Assembly: GCA_041740355.1 (NCBI GenBank)
Contig: JBGSMD010000064.1
Span: 1 to 64,000, forward strand
Direction of reading: 5' to 3'
Source: Bdellovibrionota bacterium
GTDB taxonomy: Bacteria > Bdellovibrionota_C > UBA2361 > CALJRW01
Length of the DNA: 64,000 nucleotides
Notes under the pieces: model-generated
Told to the model about the DNA's origin: nothing
Database searches by the model: none
Seen by the model: the letters and a program-made list of their open reading frames with translations, nothing else
Part shown: one piece after another, positions 61,596 through 64,000 of the stretch
Layout: each line of letters starts with the position of its first letter
Position numbering within the stretch: position 1 is the stretch's first letter
Made by a program: the position numbers and the translations under genes

Positions 61596-63265
61596 TACTT
61601 CTCCTTACCTGTCACTCTGAAAAGCGCATCATTAACTATTATCTGTGCCTCTTCTACTATCCGCTGTAAATGAGCATTACCTAGAAAGCTCTCAGCATAA
61701 ATTTTATAAATATCTTCCGTGCCTGAGGGGCGAGCGGCAAACCATCCATTCTTGCTAGTTACCTTTAATCCGCCAATCGCGGCATCGTTACCCGGAGCAT
61801 GGCTTAGCTTACTCTCAATTATTTCACCTGCAAGTTCTGTAGCGGAAATTTGATCAGGTGAGAGTGCTGACAATTTCTTTTTCTGTTCTAAGTTAGCGGG
61901 TGCTTCAAATCTATCATAAACTGGCTCACCAAACTTAGCAGTTAACTCGCGGTAAATCTCGCCAGGATCTTTACCCATTTGCGCTGTAATTTCTGCTGAT
62001 AAGAGTGCTGCGATAATTCCATCTTTGTCAGTTGTCCAAACTGTGCCATTAGTGCGAAGAAAGGATGCTCCGGCACTTTCTTCTCCGCCAAAGCCAAGCG
62101 ATCCGTCAAAAAGTCCGTCCACAAACCACTTAAAGCCAACTGGGACTTCATAGAGTTTTCGCCCAATGGCTGCTGCCACGTGGTCGATCATCTGGCTACT
62201 GACTAGGGTCTTTCCTACGGCAGCATCATTCCCCCACTCTGTTCGGTACTGGAATAGATAGTTGATCACAACTGAGAGATAATGATTTGGTGGAAGTAAG
62301 CCGGCGCTTTTTGTAACAATATCGTGCCGATCATGATCAGGATCACAAGCAAAGGAAATATCAAATCGATCCTTAAGACTAATTAAACTTTGCATAGCAT
62401 AAGAAGATGATGGATCCATGCGAATACGACCATCCCAATCTACTGACATGAATCCAAAAGTTGGATCAACCTCTTTGTTTACTACAGTAAGATTTAGTTT
62501 ATATAATTCTGCAATTGCCTCCCAGTAATGCACCCCTGCTCCACCTAGTGGATCTACGGCAAGACTGAGGTTGGAGTTCCGAATAGTACTCATGTCGATG
62601 ACATTAGCAAGATCGGCAACATACGCTTTTAGATAGCTATGGCGGTGAGTTGTATCCGCGCTAAGTGCATCTTTTAATGATTTTCTTTTTACTCTCTTTA
62701 AATTTTTAGTAAGATATCGATTGGCTCGCTCTTCAATCCAATTTGTAATGCTTGATTCAGCGGGACCACCATGTGGGGGATTGTATTTAAATCCACCATC
62801 TTCCGGTGGATTGTGAGAGGGAGTCAGGACAATTCCGTCGGCAAGTCCAGAAGACCTTCCATTGTTATAGGTAAGTATCGCGTGTGATATTGCCGGTGTC
62901 GGAGTGTATTCGTCATTCTCAGCGAGCATTACCTCAGCGCTATTCCCTGCTAATACTTCGATTGTACTGTCTAGCGCTGGTTTCGAAAGTGCATGAGTAT
63001 CAATACCAACATACAGTGGTCCATCAATATTTTGCAATTTCCTAAAATCACAAACTGCTTGAGAAATTGCTAAAACATGTTGCTCGTTGAAAGTTGTTTG
63101 AAAAGCTGAACCACGATGTCCCGATGTTCCAAAGATTACCTTTTGATTTGGGTTAGAAGGGTCTGGAATATTGTCGTAATATGCTGTTATTAGTTTATCC
63201 ACATTAAGGAGTAACTCCTTTGGCATAGATTTTCCAGCATAGGGGCTAATTTCTTTTTTTGTCAT
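61595..63265 (-). CDS. pgm: Phosphoglucomutase (alpha-D-glucose-1,6-bisphosphate dependent)
   Basis: FGTSGHRG, TPSHNPP, DPDHDRH, GGEESAG, RPSGTE.IYKIYAESF. Confidence 0.95.
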   Translation of the reverse strand: MTKKEISPYAGKSMPKELLLNVDKLITAYYDNIPDPSNPNQKVIFGTSGHRGSAFQTTFNEQHVLAISQAVCDFRKLQNIDGPLYVGIDTHALSKPALDSTIEVLAGNSAEVMLAENDEYTPTPAISHAILTYNNGRSSGLADGIVLTPSHNPPEDGGFKYNPPHGGPAESSITNWIEERANRYLTKNLKRVKRKSLKDALSADTTHRHSYLKAYVADLANVIDMSTIRNSNLSLAVDPLGGAGVHYWEAIAELYKLNLTVVNKEVDPTFGFMSVDWDGRIRMDPSSSYAMQSLISLKDRFDISFACDPDHDRHDIVTKSAGLLPPNHYLSVVINYLFQYRTEWGNDAAVGKTLVSSQMIDHVAAAIGRKLYEVPVGFKWFVDGLFDGSLGFGGEESAGASFLRTNGTVWTTDKDGIIAALLSAEITAQMGKDPGEIYRELTAKFGEPVYDRFEAPANLEQKKKLSALSPDQISATELAGEIIESKLSHAPGNDAAIGGLKVTSKNGWFAARPSGTEDIYKIYAESFLGNAHLQRIVEEAQIIVNDALFRVTGKEK

Positions 63266-63384
63266 GGACTTCTTTTCCTTAAACTGTTTACTTAAAGAAG
63301 ATAATCGAAGACAAAGAAGAAAACATAAATTCCCTTGATCGTTATAAACTTTTTATAATAAATCTTATCTGTTTGACTTCAATC

Positions 63385-63999
63385 CTAAGCAAAATGTAAT
63401 TGTTCAGCAACTTGTCTACTCTCTGGAATGAAGTTCCAAAGATTTATAACCTTAAGTCGTGGGTGGTGTGAATCAAATGCAAGAATACTAATAGATGCAG
63501 TGCTCAGTGGAAAATGAAGTGTGCTAGTAATCGGTAATCCGACCCATTGCATGGCAAGCACTCCGCCAAGTTGTCTATGAGAAAAAAGTGCAATATTTCC
63601 TTGAAGTGCGGACACTCTTTTAATGACACGATCGGCTCGAGTCGTTATTTGCTCGGGCATTTCACCGGCAGGACATCCATCTTGATAAACGTCCCAGTTG
63701 GGCCGCTGTTCTCGAATCTCGGCAGTTCGTTTTCCTTCGTAGTCGCCATAGTTCCATTCCGCAAGATTGGGATCTATCTCAGCAACATTACCAAACCCCG
63801 CAAACTCAGATGTTTGTCTGGCTCGCTTTAGTGGACTGCTAAAGACATAGTCAAATGAGATCTGTTTTAAGTACTTAGCAAGTTCTGCTGCTTGATTTTC
63901 ACCGTTTGGTGTTAAAGGTATATCAGTCTGACCAGTATGTTGGCCAGTTAGTGCCCATTCTGTTTCCCCATGTCGTATTAAATAAATGCGACAAGCCCC
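63385..63999 (-). CDS. Histidine phosphatase (phosphoglycerate mutase-like) family protein, 5' end outside window
   Basis: Frame extends upstream of the listed 91-aa ORF: IYLIRHGETEWALTGQHTGQTDIPLT...SSPLKRARQT...EWNYGDYEG. Confidence 0.9.
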   Translation of the reverse strand, partial: GACRIYLIRHGETEWALTGQHTGQTDIPLTPNGENQAAELAKYLKQISFDYVFSSPLKRARQTSEFAGFGNVAEIDPNLAEWNYGDYEGKRTAEIREQRPNWDVYQDGCPAGEMPEQITTRADRVIKRVSALQGNIALFSHRQLGGVLAMQWVGLPITSTLHFPLSTASISILAFDSHHPRLKVINLWNFIPESRQVAEQLHFA

Positions 64000-64000
64000 T

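Overview
AT-rich bacterial chromosomal window; gene content (cdaA-cdaR-glmM, Tad parts, type III export gate, outer-membrane efflux) suggests a deltaproteobacterial/Bdellovibrionota-like diderm (inference). The left half is mostly housekeeping: guaA, iscS-mnmA-cysE, rluD-doxX-tilS-ftsH-cdaA-cdaR-glmM-tsaE, mrp-secG-tRNA-Leu and cutA-purN. It also holds a divergent type III secretion export-gate cluster (SctI-like, SctP/FliK-like, SctR/S/T/U). Its SctU/FlhB switch gene stops at the position of the NPTH autocleavage site, and the missing C-terminal subdomain is a separate ORF beyond a 3-kb hybrid histidine kinase gene. The tRNA-Leu after secG has an unusual AAG anticodon. The right half has ettA, an RND efflux system, ppa, an orphan Flp pilin between inverted MITE-like repeats, a DUF3300/DUF2950/aqpZ cluster, orphan enzymes and two disrupted genes. 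A tRNA-Leu(TAA) 3' fragment with integrase arm-like repeats marks a probable island boundary ahead of copA, a GH144-like gene, pgm and a phosphatase. Intergenic DNA carries several palindromic repeat families, including a ~29-bp mini-element found nested inside other repeats. No CRISPR array, rRNA, integrase or transposase gene was seen. All calls are by eye, without database searches.
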